Counted from the first letter of the stretch, positions 29,216-45,791 are shown. The stretch: 64,000 nucleotides of DNA from the human T2T-CHM13v2.0 reference genome, Homo sapiens (GCF_009914755.1 NC_060930.1); one strand, 5' to 3'. Notes: generated by a model not told the origin, from the sequence alone. Numbers and translations are program-made.

Positions 29216-29644
29216 AACTAGAGCTTGAAATAGAGATTAGGAGTAGAAATAAAGATGTGTAAGTCAGATACATAACAGTCACTCTTGAGAGAATGAATAA
29301 ACTCCCTAGAAGAGTGGAAGAGAGAAGATGAGCCCTTGAAGTAAATGGAACAATCAAAGAAATAAAAACTAGTGGAGTACAATAAAAGCGGGAGAAATTT
29401 AACAGTGGTATGAAATGACCTATAGTGTCAGGTGCTGTACAGAGGCCAGCATGGATGAGGATCATGCCAAAGCTGTAAGACTGACCATTAGGAGAATTTT
29501 GGTGTCAGTTAAAAGAGAAGTGGTACAGATAAGAGTAAATGCAAAGGAATACAAGCAAAAACTAAAGGATACTTTTTGCAGCAGTTTGGGAATACAACAA
29601 AGGGACTTAGAATAATATGGTCAGGATGAGGTTTTTCAGGGTAG

Positions 29645-30368
29645 ATGCATCATTTAGGTTTTGCTGTATAACAAACACTCTAAAGTGGCTTAAGACAATA
29701 ATTATTATTATAGCTCACATGTCTGAGGGTTGGCTCCTCCCAGCTGGGCTTGCTCATACATCAGCAGACCTACTGGGAGCTTTGCTCTAGGCTGGACACT
29801 TACCTATCATCCTCCTTCTGTGACTGTCCAGCTCACTTAGGCATATCTTTCTCATGAAGATGGAAGAAGTGTTGAAGAGGGCAAACAGAGGCTGGGCGCG
29901 GTGGCTCACACCTATAATCCCAGCACTTTAGGAGGCCGAGGCGGGCGGATCACCTGAGGTCAGGAGTTCGAGACCAGCCTGGCCAAAATGGTAAAACCCC
30001 GTCTCTACTAAAAATACAAAACGTAGCCGGGTGTGGTGGCACATGCCTGTAGTCCCAGCTGCTCGGGAGGCTGAGGCAGGAGAATCACCTGAACCTGTTT
30101 GCGCCACTGCACTCCAGCCTGGGCGACAGAGTGAGACTCTCCCAAAAAAAGAAAAAAAAATTGGGGGTGGCGGCAAACACAAACACATGGACTCCAAACT
30201 GACACTAGCACTTCTCCCTCATTCTAGTGACCAAAGCAATTTATGTGGCCAAGCCCGTATTCAAGGAGCAGAGAAACAGAATTCTCCTCTTTAGAGAACT
30301 TGCAAAGTGACATGGCAAAGGGCATGGATTCATAGAGGGATGAAGAATTGGGACGCTTAATACCACAG
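29645..30368. mobile_element. MLT1-type (MaLR) LTR interrupted by an AluS (29890-30160, + strand)
   Basis: ttttgctgtataacaaacactctaaagtggcttaagacaata...gcaaagtgacatggcaaagggcatgga; Alu with a right-arm deletion inside. Confidence 0.65.
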
Positions 30369-30373
30369 TAGGA

Positions 30374-30660
30374 GGCCAGGAGTGGTGACTCTTGCTTATA
30401 ATCCCAACACTTTGAGAGGCCGAGATGGGAGGGCCCAGGAGTTTGAGACCAGTCTGGGCAACATAGGGAGACCCTGTCTCTCCAAAAAAAATTTAAAATT
30501 AGCCAGGTGTGATGGCACGTGCTTGTAGTCCCACCTACTGGGAAGGCTGAGGCGGGAGGATTGTTTGAGCCCAGGAATTTGAGGCTTCAGTGAGCTATGA
30601 TTGCACCATTGCACTCTAGCATGGGAGGCAGCAAAGCAAGACCCTGTCTCAAAACAACAC
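30374..30660 (+). mobile_element. AluJ-like
   Basis: Full Alu. Confidence 0.88.
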
Positions 30661-30821
30661 ACAGTAGAGATGACCCGAACATGCTTGAAAGTACAAAGAA
30701 GGAATATGTAGAATGAGGAAGAAAGAGAAGTAAGGAGAAAGACAAATAAAAGTTCAGAGAATTAACCTTTGAAAACAGAAAAGATACTTCTGGGAATGGA
30801 AAGAAGGGAATTTGATTGGAT

Positions 30822-31060
30822 TAAATTTAACAAATTAAAATCCAAGATGCCCAGTTAAAATTGAATTTTAGATGAACAATTTTTTTTAGTATTTAAGTAT
30901 GTCTCATGCAATATTTGGCTCGGTACATTTGGTATTTTTTGTTATCTTAAATACTATTTACGTGTTTCTATATTTGGGACATAACTTTAAACTAAAATTT
31001 TTCTTTATTATTGTAAATTCAAATTTAACTAGGCATCCTGTATTTTATATGGCAACCCTA
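30822..31060. mobile_element. MER53 palindromic MITE with a central insertion
   Basis: gatgcccagttaaaattgaattt ... aaattcaaatttaactaggcatcctgtattttatatggcaacccta. Confidence 0.8.
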
Positions 31061-31513
31061 CTTCGGATGAATTTTAAATAAATCCATGGTAAAGTAATCT
31101 ATAAAGGGATAGATGGGTATATTCAGGGATTTAGTCCTAGAAAAAGTTCGGAACCGCTGCTATAGATGCTGTGTAGTGTCAGTGAAAGGATTGCTGAGCA
31201 GTAGTGAACTCACTTAAAAAGAAGCAGCATGACTTTTCTTGATTGAATCACTGCTAAGAAGAGTAATAGCAGAGATTGCTGGTACAAGGGACCACTTTGG
31301 TTTGGCTCTAGCTGGTGAGGACTGAGCAGGAGATTTGGGCATAATTGAAATGACTAGAGTCCAGGCTGTAAATGAAAGCAGGTGAAACCAGAAGATGAAT
31401 TAGAAGGGACTGAGAGTTTGGCAGTCACAATGAGTCAAAGAGGTAGAAGTTCACAGGGAAGAAACTCAGAATTTACAATCTTGGAGGAATGGTTCTGTAT
31501 GATAACGGGGTTA

Positions 31514-31980
<467 letters not shown>

Positions 31981-33662
31981 TTACCTCATAAGGTTATTGT
32001 GAAGATTAAATGAAATAAACCATGTGAAATACCAAGAACACTATGTCTGGTTAAGTGTATCTATAATCACTATATATGTGTGCCCTAGAGAATATTATTT
32101 TAAAGAAAAAATGGCAACAATACATTGTATATTTTCCTCCTTGGTAAGCTAACAAATGCTATGTTTGGTAAAAACAAACACAATTATCTACCTGTTGAAG
32201 CTCACACAACTTTTACTATTTAAGGTTGTTTTCTTTAACTGTTATTAGAAGAAAATAATTATGCTCAAGTCATATCTGTCTCATTTCCCTGTAGGTGACC
32301 ATGCTTTGGGATTTTCATAGTTTGAGTAATTCCTATGGGCTCTACCACCCAGCGAGTTAAAGAAGACAAGATTCCACCCCCAGGGGGTTGTGGTTCTGGG
32401 AATGTGAGCAGCTTGTTTTCAGGAGATCTGCATCTTGATCTGGCCTGCTATTAGGATCTGTGGTGGTGGTGCCTGTCTGGTTTTAGTTGTTTCTTTTATC
32501 TTACACAGATTTTTGTAAGTTATTTGCATATAAAGGTTTTTGAAAAGTGAATGTTTTATGGGGGCATCTTGCTTATACAAAGAAAAATTAAAACTGTTTT
32601 AAAATAATCACTCGTGTTACACTTGTCTATTCTAAAATAAATGAAAGTATTAATGTTGTTGTCTGGAAGGAAAATGAAGACCAGGAAAATAGCTATGCTC
32701 TTAATGTTTTAAAATAAGGTAATATTATTCTCTGTTTGAATGGAGGCTTCTAAGGAATTACCACAGTCTCACACACAATCGACTTAAATGCATTCTTTAT
32801 CTTTAAAAGGAAGCAGAATAGGATCATTGAGTAAATCACATGTGTTCACAGTCTTGTCTGGTGTAATCGTATACTACACAAACACATTATTCTGTAGTCA
32901 GGAGGGGAAGGGGACATTTGAAGCAGGACTTGCCCTTGAGGAGGCCTTTTTCTGTTTAAAGTATAGTGCAGTGAAAGACCACACAGTAGAAGATAACAAA
33001 ATATCTTCCATGCCACCCCCACTTTTTCATTTTCTCATTCTCCTTTGTTCTCTAAGGACATCTGTTGAAATGATTATTCTGTAAAACTCATAGGTACCTA
33101 GCAGAAGCCATATCATATTTCATTTATTATTTTGTCTACTTAATTATTGTTTTCTTTTATATCATGCAATTGTGGGTTTTAAAAATATTCTGTTTATAAA
33201 AGATATGAAAGTATGTTATAGAAAATTTATTAGTTAACTGTAGATATCTAAAGAGTAAAAGTTTCAACTCTGAATTTAATAAAATTATATCTTAGGAAGC
33301 CCAGCAGACTTTTATTAAGCTACGTCTTAAAAAGATAAATATACTAAAAAGAGATACTTAAAAAGATGAATTTTCCTTTCTATATTAATTACAATGGATT
33401 TTTAGATAATATGGAAATATATAAAAGTAGTCAGTGTTTAGACATTTGAAAAATTAATGGGAATATATATTTTGCTGTATGGTTCTGAAAGTACTAATTG
33501 GTAATTGAATCATAAAATATCAGAGTTGAGATTAAAGAGCTAAAATTAAATAATATCTTCAGAGACTTAACAGAGATCTTTCATTTGTGCCAAATTTAGT
33601 AAGATTTGCCTCAATTCAGTTTTACTTATGGTGTATATTGATTCTTTAAAATGTCACGTGTA

Positions 33663-34130
<468 letters not shown>

Positions 34131-34516
34131 TTATGTGAGATTTTGGAAGATCCAATATAGATGCATTATTTCAAATGTTTTCAACATTTTGATAGTTGGT
34201 TTGCTGTCTATATTGTGGATGCAATTCAAAATTCAAGATTTTTCTTTTTATTAGAGGTTCTTTATTTACATTGCCACCCAATTTCAGCCTAAGTTGATCT
34301 TTTGTGGATTCATGGAATTTATGTTTGAAGAGTTTTAAAAAATTTTTTTAATGAAAAACTGTTAACATATACAGAAATAAAGCAAATAACATGAACCTCC
34401 AAGTTTTGTTTGAGTCTTTAGTAATATGTTAGTACAGGTACTGTGATTGTTGATGCAACAGATGTTCAGGAACTCAAAAAATGCTTGTTGCTTAATGTGC
34501 ACTTGAAATAATTTGT

Positions 34517-36866
34517 CAGAGACTAGGATTGCAACCCTTGCTTTTTTTAGCTTTCCATTTTCTTGGTAGATCTTCCTCCATCCCTTTATTTTGAGCCTAT
34601 GTGTGTCTCTGCATGTGAGATGGGTCTCCTGAATACAGCACACTGATGGGTCTTGACTCTTTATTCAATTTGCTAGTCTGTGTCTTTTAATTGGGGCATT
34701 TAGCCCATTTACATTTAAGGTTAATATTGTTATGTTTGAATTGGATCCTGTCATTATGATGTTAGCTGGTTATTTTGCCCATTAATTGATGCAGTTTCTT
34801 CATAGCATTGATGGTCTTTACAATTTGGCATGTTTTTGCAGTGGCTGGTACCGGTGTTCCTTTCTATGTTTAGTGCTTCCTTCAGGAGCTCTTGTAAGGC
34901 AAGCCTGGTGGTGACAAAATCTCTCAGCATTTGCTTGTCTGTAAAGGATTTTATCTGTCCTTCACTTATGAAGCTTAGTTTGGCTGGATATGAAATTCTG
35001 GGTTGAAAATTCTTTTCTTTAAGAATGTGTGAATATCGGCCCCCACTCTCTTCTGGATTGTAGGGTTTCTGCTGAGAGATCCACTGTTAGTCTGATGGGC
35101 TTCCGTTTGTGGGTAACCCAACCTTTCTCTCTGGCTGCCCTTAACATTTTTTCCTTCACTTCAACCTTGGTGAATCTGACAATTATGTGTCTTGGGGTCG
35201 CTGTTCTCGAGGAGTATCTTTGTGGTATTTTCTGTATTTCCTGAATTTGACTGTTGGCCTGCCTTGGTAGGTTGGGGAAGTTCTCCTGGATAATATCCTG
35301 AAGAGTGTTTTCCAACTTGCTTCCATTCTCCCCGTCACTTTCAGGTACACCAATCAGACATAGATTTGGTCTTTTCATGTAAGTCCCATATTTTCTTGGA
35401 GGCTTTGTTCGTTTCATTTTACTCTTTTTTTCTCTAAACTTGTCTTCTTGCTTTATTTCAAATTAATTTGATCTTCAATCACTGATACCCTTTCTTCCAC
35501 TTGATCGAATCGGCTATTGAAGCTTGTGCATGCATCACGAAGTTCTCGTGCCATGCTTTTCAGCTTCATCAGATCATTTAAGGTCTTCTCTACACTGTTT
35601 ATTCTAGTTAGCCATTCGTTTAACCTTTTTTCAAGGTTTTTAGCTTCCTTGCGATGGGTTAGACCATGCTCCCTTAGCTCAGAGAAGTTTGTTACTACCG
35701 ACCTTCTGAAGCCTATTTCTGTCAACTCATCAAAGTCATTCTCCATCCAGCTTTGTTCCATTGCTGGCGAGGAGCTGTGATCTTTTGGAGGAGAAGAGAC
35801 GCTCCGGTTTTTAGAATTTTCAGCTTTTCTGCTCTGGTTTCTCCCCATCTTTGTGGTTTTATCTACCTTTGGTCTTTGATGTTGGTAACCTACAGATGGG
35901 GTTTTGGTGTAGATGTCCTTTTTGTTGATGTTGATGCTATTCCTTTCTGTTTGTTAGTTTTCCTTCTAACAGGTCCGTCAGCTGCAGGACTGTTGGAGTT
36001 TGCTGGAGGTCCACTCCAGACCCTGTTTGCCTGGGTATCACCAGCGGAGCCTGCAGAACAGCAAATATTGCTGCCTGATCCTTCTTCTGGAAGCTTCATC
36101 CCAGAGGGGCACCCACCTGTATGAGGTGTCTGTTGGCCCCTACTGCAGATGTCTCCCAGTTAGGCTACATGGGGGTCAGGGACCCACTTGAGGAGGCAGC
36201 CTGTCCGTTCTCAGAGTTCAAACACCATGCTGGGAGAACCACTGCTCTCTTCAGAGCTGTCAGACAGGGACATTTAAGTCTGCAGAAGTTTCTGCTGCCT
36301 TCTGTTTAGCTATGCCCTGCCCACAAAGGTGAAGTCTATAGAGGCAGTAGACAGTGCTGAGCTGCACTGGGCTCTGCCCAGTTGGAGCTTCCTGGCCGCT
36401 TTGTTTACCTACTCAAGCCTCAGTAATGGTGGACGCCCCTCCCCCAGCCAGGCTGCAGCCTCGCAGGTTGATCTCAGACTGCTGCGCTAGCAGTGAGCAA
36501 GGCTCTGTGGGCATGGGACCCACTGAGCCAGGCACAGGAGAAAATCTCCTGGTCTGCTGGTTGCTAAGACCGTGGGAAAAGTGCAGTATTAGGGCAGAAG
36601 TGTCCCATTTTTCCAGGTACAGTCTGTCACTGCTTCCCTTGGCTAGGAAAGGGAAATCCCCCAACCCCTTGCGCTTCCCAGGTGAGGTGATGCCCCGCCT
36701 TGCTTTGGCTTGCCCTCCGTGGGCTGCACCCACTGTCCAACCAGTCCCAATGAGATGAACCAGGTACCTCAGTTGGAAATGCGGAAATCACCTGTCTTCT
36801 GCGTCAGTCATGCTGGGAGCTGCAGATCGGAGCTGTTCCTATTTGGCCATCTTGGAACAGAAACCC
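34517..36866 (-). mobile_element. L1PA (roughly L1PA5-8 age): 5' UTR, disrupted ORF1 and start of ORF2; 3'-truncated
   Basis: 5' end GTTCCAAGATGGCCAAATAGGAACAGCTCC; ORF1 MGRNQSRKAENSK at 35848, frameshifted, stop at ~34818; ORF2 MTGSNSNITILTLNVNGLN from 34754 ending at ...RVAILVSD; 17-bp flanking duplication. Confidence 0.95.
36426..36758 (+). other. L1 ORF0 homolog (110 aa, open) in the antisense L1 5' UTR
   Basis: MVDAPPPARLQPRRLISDCCASSEQGSVGMGPTEPG...HFSR resembles primate L1 ORF0 (MAGAPPPASLPPCSLISDCCASNQRDSVGVGPSEPG...RFSR, from memory). Confidence 0.7.
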
Positions 36867-37081
36867 CACTTGAAAGAATTTGTGTACATGAAAATTTTTA
36901 AAAATCCCTCCATTTCCTAATCTATGATAGAATATATTTCAAAAATTTGGTGGTAAGCCAATTTTTGGACCTACAAATGTGTTTTTCATAGAAACAATCT
37001 TAAAATGGCTACTAGGTTTTCAGGCCAGCTCTCCATAACTTATCTAATTCATAGTTTAGGGAAACTTACCCATCATTTTTA

Positions 37082-37739
<658 letters not shown>

Positions 37740-37790
37740 AGAAAAATGCCTCTTTTGCAATTAGAATTCTAGGGAATACCACCACTCATC

Positions 37791-38085
37791 TTCCTCTCTG
37801 TTGAAAATGGGTAGTCGAGTTATCTTGTAATAGGGATTTTGTCTGTGATGGGTCCTTAGCTCTCTCAGCAAAAGTAGCAGGAACTCAGAGTAAACAGTCG
37901 GGGGACATAGTATACTTCATGTATACTCTTCCGAAATTATTCCTCTGCTAGGGGGAGTTGAGGAGTCAAGCTCTCCTGTAATAGGTATCTTGTCTGTGAG
38001 GGCTCCTTAGCTCTCAGCAAATGTAATGGGAACACTGAGTGTTGGGGGACAAGAGTCTACTCTCCCATACCATTCTGAAATTATT
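37791..38085. repeat. Diverged two-copy tandem duplication, period ~150 bp
   Basis: tgtaatagg..t.ttgtctgtga....tccttagctctc..gcaaa...gggggaca...gaaattatt occurs twice. Confidence 0.8.
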
Positions 38086-39967
38086 TACCACTTTCTCTGC
38101 TGACAGAGTTTGTTTGTGCTTTTTTTTTTAAGCTTATTTTTTAAAAGAACAGAAAGGAAACCTCCCTTTATAAAACAAATACTCTGTGATATACCTAAAG
38201 CTTATGTTTCATAGACTTTTTAAAAAGAGGGCTGATTGTCTTAAGTTACTGATATGGGGAAAAATTATTTTCACTGGCTAAGACATGTCTAAGGCATCAA
38301 GAAAAGATTCCTGAATGTTAAAACATAAAATTGGAATATAAGCATAGGTACTAAACTGCCAACTAGCTAAAATCAGGTTGTTGGAATAATGCTTATAGTA
38401 AACCTATAAGTAGTATAACCTTTTAGAGTATCTGGGAATGACAGATGGGAGCAGAGAGGAGTGCCAGTGCTTCTGTCTCACCAACCTACATTCTCTTCCA
38501 ACTTACCTTACATTTGTACTCTTCCAAAATCCTTTTCTAAGCAAGATTATGGAGCCACAAAATGGTGCTAATGAATTTCTCCTCATTTTGTGTATGTATA
38601 TATAAAATAAAAAGGTAATAGAGGAAGTGCTTTACTGACAAAAGGGGCAAAATTCAGAAAGAATGGAGTGGCTGAAAACAAGACCTGCTCAGAGGAACCC
38701 TAAATATTACAATGTTCTCTGACACCGAGCAGGTTACTTAACCTCCCAGGATAATCTGTAGAATGAGTGATTGAAATAAATCAGCCCTGTTCCTTCTAGC
38801 TCAAAAACGAAAGTTCCATATTGTGAATAGTTGTCCTAGATCCTGCAAGTCTTCAAGTGCTAATGTGGTGTGGCTCTTATCCTGTCAGCTAATATAGGCT
38901 CCAATCTTACATGTCCTCCAGAAAATGCATGTTCTTGTGAGTGACTTAACAGCAGGCCCCCAAAGCTAGTTAGTCTCATTTTTCAAAGACAGTAATGTCA
39001 GTACCCTTATATGGGAGAATTAGGCATACTTTGTGATGAGGCAACTGGAGTTCCCACAGAATGGCGTACTGCAGCTTCCCCACGTGGGATCCATGTTCCC
39101 GTTAGATAAAGAAGGGCCTACTGTGTGTCAGGTACCACACTAACTACTTTACATATGTTACTATATTCATTTATTATTCATTTATTCATTATTCTTCACA
39201 ATAACCCTGAGAGGTAGGGGGATTGTCCTCATTTTACAGATGAGGAAATTTCCCAAGAACTAATTAGTTGGTGGTGGAGCTAGTGAATGGTAAAACTGAT
39301 TTGAAACCTCTTATGAGGGGAATGAAACCAGGGATCCCTTCACTAAACCTGCCCATCAAACTAGCTAAGGGAAGGAAACCAAAAAGCCTTTTACTGCAGT
39401 TAGCTTTATACTCACCAACAATGACAAGCAACTGTGGCTCCTCTGCCTGTGGGACCTGGCCCCTGCAGCCAGCTCATGTGCCCAAGACTCCCCCTACCCC
39501 TAAATCCAGGGTAAGCATATTCCCCCTAGCCCTTCTGAAGTCTCAGGTGAATACCCCAGAACTTTCACAAGGCTTCCCACCTAGGAAACCTAGCCACCTC
39601 TAACCTAGAGGATGTAACTCTTAAGTTTGATATTAAGACCCTGCTCTAGTAGAATCCTTCAAAGCAGGAAGCCCTTCTGTGCTGTTTGTGGTGCTGAGAG
39701 GTGCCAGATAACATGCCACCCTGCCAACTCGTGTAACTCAGGGAAGAACCTACCTGAAGATGATAAGAGAAATGAAAATAAAGTCTTGAAGAACTACAAT
39801 TGTCAGGTGATCCTGCAGAGGAGTCCCTGGCCCACAGGAGTTTTTTTCTACGTCAGTAACTTCAAAGATAGCTGTTAATACTTCTAGATCTCCGAATTCC
39901 TGACAGGAGATGAAAGAGCATCCAAGTTTAAGATTATCAGGCTCAGAAACTGCCAGAAATAACTTAG

Positions 39968-40450
<483 letters not shown>

Positions 40451-40859
40451 TAGGACTATGAATGATGATCGCAGGTTCCCTACATCAAATTGCAACAGCT
40501 TCCTGGGACTAGTCGACCGCCCCATCTCCAATATAGTGCCATTCTTAGAGATATGCAGCTCTCTCAACCAAGACTACTGCCTAGGACCTCATTTGTTTCC
40601 TTGAAAACTCCTAGGAAAATATTGGGAAAAATGGCAGATGATTGGTAATGATAGAATTGAGGTAAAAAAAATTAATTGTGTATGATGGGGGAATTGGAAG
40701 TAATTTATATGCCTATTTATAGGAGTTTGCCTAAAAGCAAATTCCATGAGGATTAGGACTAACACTGACCAACAGTATGTTCACTGTACTCTCATTATCT
40801 ACTATAGTGTAAGTATTTAATATTTGTTGATTGAATGAATAAATGTACATATACATTTC

Positions 40860-41710
<851 letters not shown>

Positions 41711-42093
41711 ATACAATATACTGTGTATACTCAATATACTTTTTTAAAAAGTATACTAACGTTTTTAAAAAATGATGTTGAATAAATGTACCTGATACAT
41801 ATGTAATAGAAAAGTCAAGTTAAATGTTTTTCTAAAAACAAAACAAATGTCATCCATATACATGTGTGTAAGTTCATGTGTATCTCTGGGTTATATAAAT
41901 TTATTTAAATGCCTAGAACAAGATGTGAAAGAATATACTTCAAACTTATAATGGCAATTACCTCTAAGAAGGGACTAAATTTGGTGAAGTGATTTGAGAC
42001 CTTAGTTTATGGGTTGCTGTTTGAATTATTTATAATATATTTCTGTATTGTATAATTAAGAAGTAAACAACATTTTAGAGAATAGAAGGATAA

Positions 42094-42458
<365 letters not shown>

Positions 42459-42687
42459 TATTTTATTTTTGCTTATTTGTATTTTCTAATGTTTCTATAG
42501 TATGAACAAGTTATGCTTTTGTAACTAAAAAAAAAAAAGGTTATCTTAAAATACAGGGGTGAGGGACCCAGCAAGCATACACATATTAAAAGCTTGTACA
42601 TATTAGAAATGTAGACGTTACAAAAATATTCAAGACAAAGTTTCACTGAAAAAGAATTTGAGAAAAAGAATTTGAATACTCCTAGAA

Positions 42688-43232
42688 TAGTGCTTCTCAA
42701 ACATGATGTCCATACAAATCACCTGGAGTGCTTGTTGAAATGCATATTATGATTCCAAGGATTTGCATTTCTGACAAGCTTCCTCTTGATTCCAGTGCTA
42801 CTGGTCCATGGACCACACTGAATATCAAGGCTTTAAAACTGTGCTCTCAATACAGCAGCCACTAACTAGCCACGTAAGGCTGTTAAGCACTTGAAATGTG
42901 GCTAGTCCAAATTGAGATATACTGTTAAGTGTAAATACACATTGGATTTTGAAGACAATTTTTATAAAAGAATAACATCTTAATCATTGTTTTATACTAA
43001 TTACATATTGAAACTATTTTGGACACATTGTGTTAAATAGATATTAAAATTAATTTCACCCTTTTTTTACTATTTTAATGTAGTTAAAATAGATTTTAAC
43101 TACATTTAATAATGTAATTTTAATAATGTAAAGATTTAAATAATGTAATTTAATGTAGTTACTAGAAAATTTTAAATTTTATTTGTGGTTTGTATTTTTG
43201 GCTTGTATCATATTGCTATTGGACAGCACTGG
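42688..43232. mobile_element. Adjacent hAT-Charlie MITEs: MER5A-like (~42688-42830) and MER33/MER3-like (~42838-43232)
   Basis: gtgcttctcaaac...ggaccacact; agcacttgaaatgtggctagtccaaattgaga...ctattggacagcactg. Confidence 0.7.
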
Positions 43233-43685
43233 TCTAGAATAACTGTTAATAGGATTTTACTTGTATTAGCTTCACATTGGGTCTTAAATCAACAGCGTAA
43301 TGCAGGAAAAGGATTAGCACCCCATTAAAGACCAAATTGACAACTTCTGTGTATTAATATGAACATACCTAGGAATTCTCAAAATTTATAGGTAGAAGTT
43401 GAGACAAATAGAAATAATAGAATTTTGACCTGGAAAGGAACTTTGATGTCATCAAGTTCAAACCCCTTGTCTTACAGAATTATTTATCAACCTGGCAAAG
43501 ATATATTTGGTACTTAAGGCATTCTAGGTAAGTATTGAATAGGTATGTCTGTGATAGGTGAGTAAGGTGAGATGCCTACCCTGGAGAAGCTAAGAAGGAT
43601 TGTATTAGACTGTAACAGCACTTACTAGGCATGCTGACAGGAGTGCTCTCAAACACAGAGGCAGAGGCAAATACGGGCTCAAATT

Positions 43686-43973
43686 TTTGTTTTGTTTTGT
43701 TTTGAGACAGAGTCTCACTTTGTCGCCCAGGCTGGAGTGCAGTGACACGATCTCTGCTCACTGCAACCCTTCGCTTCCTGGATTGAAGCGATTCTCCTGC
43801 CCCACCCTCCCAAGTAGCTGGGATTATAGGCACCCATCACCACACCTGGCTAATTTTTGTATTTTTAGTAGAAATGGGGTTTCTCCATGTTGGCCGGGCT
43901 GGTCTCAAATTCCTGACCTCAAGTGATCCCCCCAACTTGGCTGGATTACAGGCGTGAGCCACCATGCCTGGCC
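43686..43973 (-). mobile_element. AluS-like
   Basis: Full Alu reverse complement. Confidence 0.92.
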
Positions 43974-44007
43974 AGACTAAATTTTTTTTTAGGAAGAATC
44001 AGAGACG

Positions 44008-44310
<303 letters not shown>

Positions 44311-44930
44311 TTAAGTTTCCCCAGGCTTTATAGCTTCTGTTTTAAATTAATGGTACAAATAAGGCTTTAGGATTAATTATTTACTTAAAAATCAATGTAG
44401 AACATGCTGTTCCGTGTCTTTTCCCACACAAAATAGATATGTCCTCTATTATCAGAGGGCAAAGAAATTTAGACCTGAGACACTTTGAAAGTTTGAACAG
44501 GGTTGATGGTACAGATGGTACCAGAATGAAATTTGGAGTGTAGCAGTAGCATAGTCAACCTTCAATTATATGTGCAAATGAGGGACAAGAATTGCTGAGA
44601 TGATTAAAAGCATGAATAAAACAAAACGCTTATTTTAGCTATTATTTTAAAAGACTTATTCATCAGGAATATCTTATACCAGAGGCTTTATGACAGAAAT
44701 TTGTTCTTGAGTTACATTTCCCTTCTGTGAAAGATTGAAAAGACAAATTTGGGATAAATAATAAAGAATGTGATTATGAAAATTCTTATTACTTTGAGGT
44801 AGAATGGGCTGAAAATATGAATAGCCCTTTTATTTATTTTTTTTTTTAGTTAAAATCTGGGTCCCCCTCATAATATTTCATTCATTTATAATATATTAGT
44901 AAAGGGATCCAGGTTTCTTTGGTATGTATT

Positions 44931-45242
44931 CTTTTTTTCTTTTCCTTTTTCTTTTTTTTTTTTTTTCTGAGACAGTCTTGCTGTTGCCCAGGCTGGAGTA
45001 CAATGGTGCCATCTCAGCTCACTGCAATCCACCTCCAGGGTTCAAGTGATTCTCCTGCCTCAGCTTCCCAAGTAGCTGGGATTACAGGCACACCACCACA
45101 CCTGGCTAATTTTTGTATTTTTAGTAGAGACAGGTTTTCGCCATGTTGGCCAGGTTGGTCTCAAACTCCTGGCCTCAAGTGATCTGCCTGCCTCAGCCTC
45201 CCAGAGTCCTGGGATTATAGGCATGAGCCACTGTGCCCGGCC
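44931..45242 (-). mobile_element. AluS-like
   Basis: Full Alu; TSD tgg(t/c)atgtattctt. Confidence 0.9.
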
Positions 45243-45759
45243 TGGCATGTATTCTTAACTTGTAGGGAAATTACTTCAGAGCACAAGCCTCGCTCATTAC
45301 ATGTACAGACTCCTGGCCCTCGTGATCATGGAATGGCCCTAATTTGAACATTTGTATTATTCACTCTCAGCCAATATTTAAAAAATTATCTAGATTTGAG
45401 AACAGTCAAACCTACCTGAGAATGGCATCATGGACTTTGTCCAAGAGTGAAAACTGCCTACAGCCATTCAAAACCAAAATTTGAACTAAGCAGAATAAAT
45501 GGTTCTACCTAAGAATTATAACATTTTCCTCTGTTCTTAAGAGGAATCAGAACAGCATTTTTAAACTTTTAAATGTTTTCTAGGAACCAGTGACTTAGTT
45601 TGGTTAATTTTGCTTCATTCATACCAAAAAAAAAAGAGGGTATTGAGTCTTTGGTTGGTTTTGAATATTCCCAAGGATTATTTTTTGACATCTCGTTCCC
45701 ATACATGAACAGTAGTTACTTATGGGAAGTGGCCTAATTTTCTTAAATAATAATCTACC

Positions 45760-45762
<3 letters not shown>

Positions 45763-45791
<29 letters not shown>
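45763..45791. repeat. (CA)n microsatellite
   Basis: About 14 units. Confidence 0.95.

Noticed and set aside
34362-35848. L1 ORF1/ORF2 as functional genes
   Set aside because: Frameshifts in ORF1, an in-frame stop in ORF2 and truncation in the endonuclease domain.
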